Part shown: piece by piece, positions 62,704-64,000 of the stretch
Layout of the letters: each line of letters starts with the position of its first letter
Numbering within the stretch: position 1 is the first letter of the stretch
From: an uncultured bacterium
GTDB lineage: Bacteria; Muiribacteriota; Ozemobacteria; Ozemobacterales; Ozemobacteraceae
DNA length: 64,000 nt
Assembly: GCA_964472075.1 (NCBI GenBank)
Contig: CAYYIY010000001.1
Coordinates: 150,670 to 214,669, forward strand
Direction: 5' to 3'
Made by a program: the position numbers and the translations under genes
Notes under the pieces: generated by a model
Seen by the model: the letters and a program-made list of their open reading frames with translations, nothing else
Database searches by the model: none
What the model was told of the DNA's origin: nothing

Positions 62704-64000
62704 ATGAGTATGGATGCCAGTCTCAACATCGTCAGTCGCCTGCTTGAAAAGGGTCATCACCTCGATGATCTGAAAGCGCTGCTCTCGCCGTTCCGTGAAC
62801 GCGGGTTCGATGATTTCGCCGAGCAGATGGCCATCATGCTGAGCAAGGTCTCGGCCCTTCTCGAAATCTCCAACGAGCTTTCCGAAACCCTGTCGCTCGA
62901 CACTCTGCTCGGGCGCATCATCGAGATCGCCACCCAGGCGCTCGATGCCGATCGCGGCACTCTTTTCCTGCATGATGCCCAGCACAAGGAACTGTTTTCG
63001 CGCATTCTTCAGGGAGACAGCGTTCAGGAGATCCGCTTTCCCTGCCATCTGGGTATTGCCGGGGCGGTGTTCACCAGCGGCGAGCCGATCGTCATTCATG
63101 ACGCCTATTCCGACCCGCGATTCAACAAAGAGATCGATCGCAAGACCGGGTATCACACCCGCAACATTCTCTGTGCCCCGATCAAGACCCGTCACGGCGA
63201 AGCGGTCGGGGTGATTCAGCTGCTGAACAAGGCCGAGGCTCGCGGCCCCTTCAACCAGGACGACCTGGTTCTCCTGCGCTCGATCACCTCACAGGCCTCG
63301 GCCGCCCTGCAGAACGCCCAGCTGTTCGAACAGGTGCAGAAAGCCCGCGCCGAGCAGGAACGTCTGCTCGAACTTTCCACCGCCATCTCTTCTGAACTTC
63401 AGCTTTCCTCGCTGCTGGCCAAGATCATGGAAACCACCACGATCATTCTGAATGCCGAACGCAGCACGCTGTTTCTGCATGATCACCGCACCAACGAGTT
63501 GTGGGCGCCGGTCGCGCAAGGCATGGAAGGCAGCCGGGAAATCCGGTTTCCGTCCCACCTGGGAATTGCCGGATCCGTGTTCACGAGCGGCAATACGATC
63601 AACATTCCTGATGCCTATGCCGATCCGCGATTCAACAAGGATTTCGACCGCAAGACGGGGTTCGTGACCCGCAACATCCTCTGCATGCCGGTGATCAACA
63701 AATCGGGCAAGGTCATCGGGGTCACGCAGGTACTCAACAAACGCGGCGGGCCGTTCACCCGCTACGACGAGCAGAAGCTTGCCGCCTTCAGCGCACAAGC
63801 CAGCATCGCCATCGAGAATGCCCGTCTGTTCGAAGACGTCATGAATATGAAGAATTACAACGAGAGCATTCTGCAGAGCATGAGCAACGCCCTGATGACT
63901 CTCGACGGCAATGATCACATCGTCACGGCCAATGCCGCGGCCGGTCGCATGCTGCACTGCGAGGCACAGAGCCTGATGTCGCAAACGCCGGCCCATGTCT
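62704..64000 (+). CDS. GAF-GAF-PAS sensor protein, 3'-truncated at window edge (absent from ORF track)
   Basis: Translation from ATG 62704 is open to the window end. Two near-identical GAF units (IRFPCHLGIAGAVFTSGEPIVIHDAYSDPRFNKEIDRKTGYHTRNILCAPI and IRFPSHLGIAGSVFTSGNTINIPDAYADPRFNKDFDRKTGFVTRNILCMPV) are followed by a PAS-like segment. Confidence 0.7.
   Translation, partial: MSMDASLNIVSRLLEKGHHLDDLKALLSPFRERGFDDFAEQMAIMLSKVSALLEISNELSETLSLDTLLGRIIEIATQALDADRGTLFLHDAQHKELFSRILQGDSVQEIRFPCHLGIAGAVFTSGEPIVIHDAYSDPRFNKEIDRKTGYHTRNILCAPIKTRHGEAVGVIQLLNKAEARGPFNQDDLVLLRSITSQASAALQNAQLFEQVQKARAEQERLLELSTAISSELQLSSLLAKIMETTTIILNAERSTLFLHDHRTNELWAPVAQGMEGSREIRFPSHLGIAGSVFTSGNTINIPDAYADPRFNKDFDRKTGFVTRNILCMPVINKSGKVIGVTQVLNKRGGPFTRYDEQKLAAFSAQASIAIENARLFEDVMNMKNYNESILQSMSNALMTLDGNDHIVTANAAAGRMLHCEAQSLMSQTPAHV

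Noticed and set aside
1-64000. tRNA, rRNA and CRISPR search
   Set aside because: By-eye inspection of intergenic spacers found no T-loop-like GGTTCGAATCC segments. No intergenic region is long enough for rRNA. No regularly spaced direct repeats were seen.

Overview
This is a high-GC (~62%) bacterial chromosomal window with about 50 protein-coding genes, mostly in long single-strand operons with short intergenic spacers. I found no rRNA, tRNA, CRISPR array, transposase or integrase. The secretion-related genes (pseudopilins together with a protease carrying a Bacteroidetes-type C-terminal sorting tail) and the abundance of GAF, PP2C and TPR proteins suggest an uncultivated lineage near the Fibrobacteres-Chlorobi-Bacteroidetes (FCB) group; this is inference only.

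Layout from start to end:
- nt 1-1469: a 5'-truncated AAA ATPase.
- nt 1575-4353, minus strand: an operon of three prepilin-type pseudopilins.
- nt 4457-8242: housekeeping genes (tsaA), an excisionase-family HTH protein, and a YtfJ/GerW gene with a membrane partner.
- nt 8344-15078, minus strand: an operon of hypothetical protein, membrane GAF-PP2C phosphatase, secreted HExxH metalloprotease and GAF-GAF-PP2C phosphatase.
- nt 15229-16869: a sigma-54 activator.
- nt 17029-23816, minus strand: sensor membrane protein, two TPR proteins and a CHASE2-GAF-GGDEF cyclase.
- nt 23935-24820: a 43-aa zinc-ribbon ORF and two tandem STAS anti-sigma antagonists.
- nt 25143-41758: pepF, a phospholipase C/P1-nuclease-fold protein, an RCK-gated voltage-sensor channel, GT2, M42 peptidase, argF, M14 carboxypeptidase, a sugar ABC system with a fused binding-protein/permease, 5'-nucleotidase and acylphosphatase.
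- nt 41793-61224: a roughly 19-kb convergent glycan-type locus, which is the main candidate for an undescribed system. It has Wzm/Wzt-type ABC export, a zinc-ribbon methyltransferase and an AsnB-like amidotransferase on the plus strand. On the minus strand it has a GT-C-like membrane protein, alkaline phosphatase, a KaiC-like protein, a radical SAM enzyme with an N-terminal SPASM-like module, a giant membrane protein ending in a transglutaminase-like domain, GT4 and a methyltransferase. An unrecognised ~55-aa domain recurs four times in three adjacent genes of this locus.
- nt 61249-64000: a secreted hypothetical protein, AlkA, and a 3'-truncated GAF-GAF-PAS sensor.

Coordinates of alternative start codons were computed from residue indices in the supplied ORF track and may be off by a codon.
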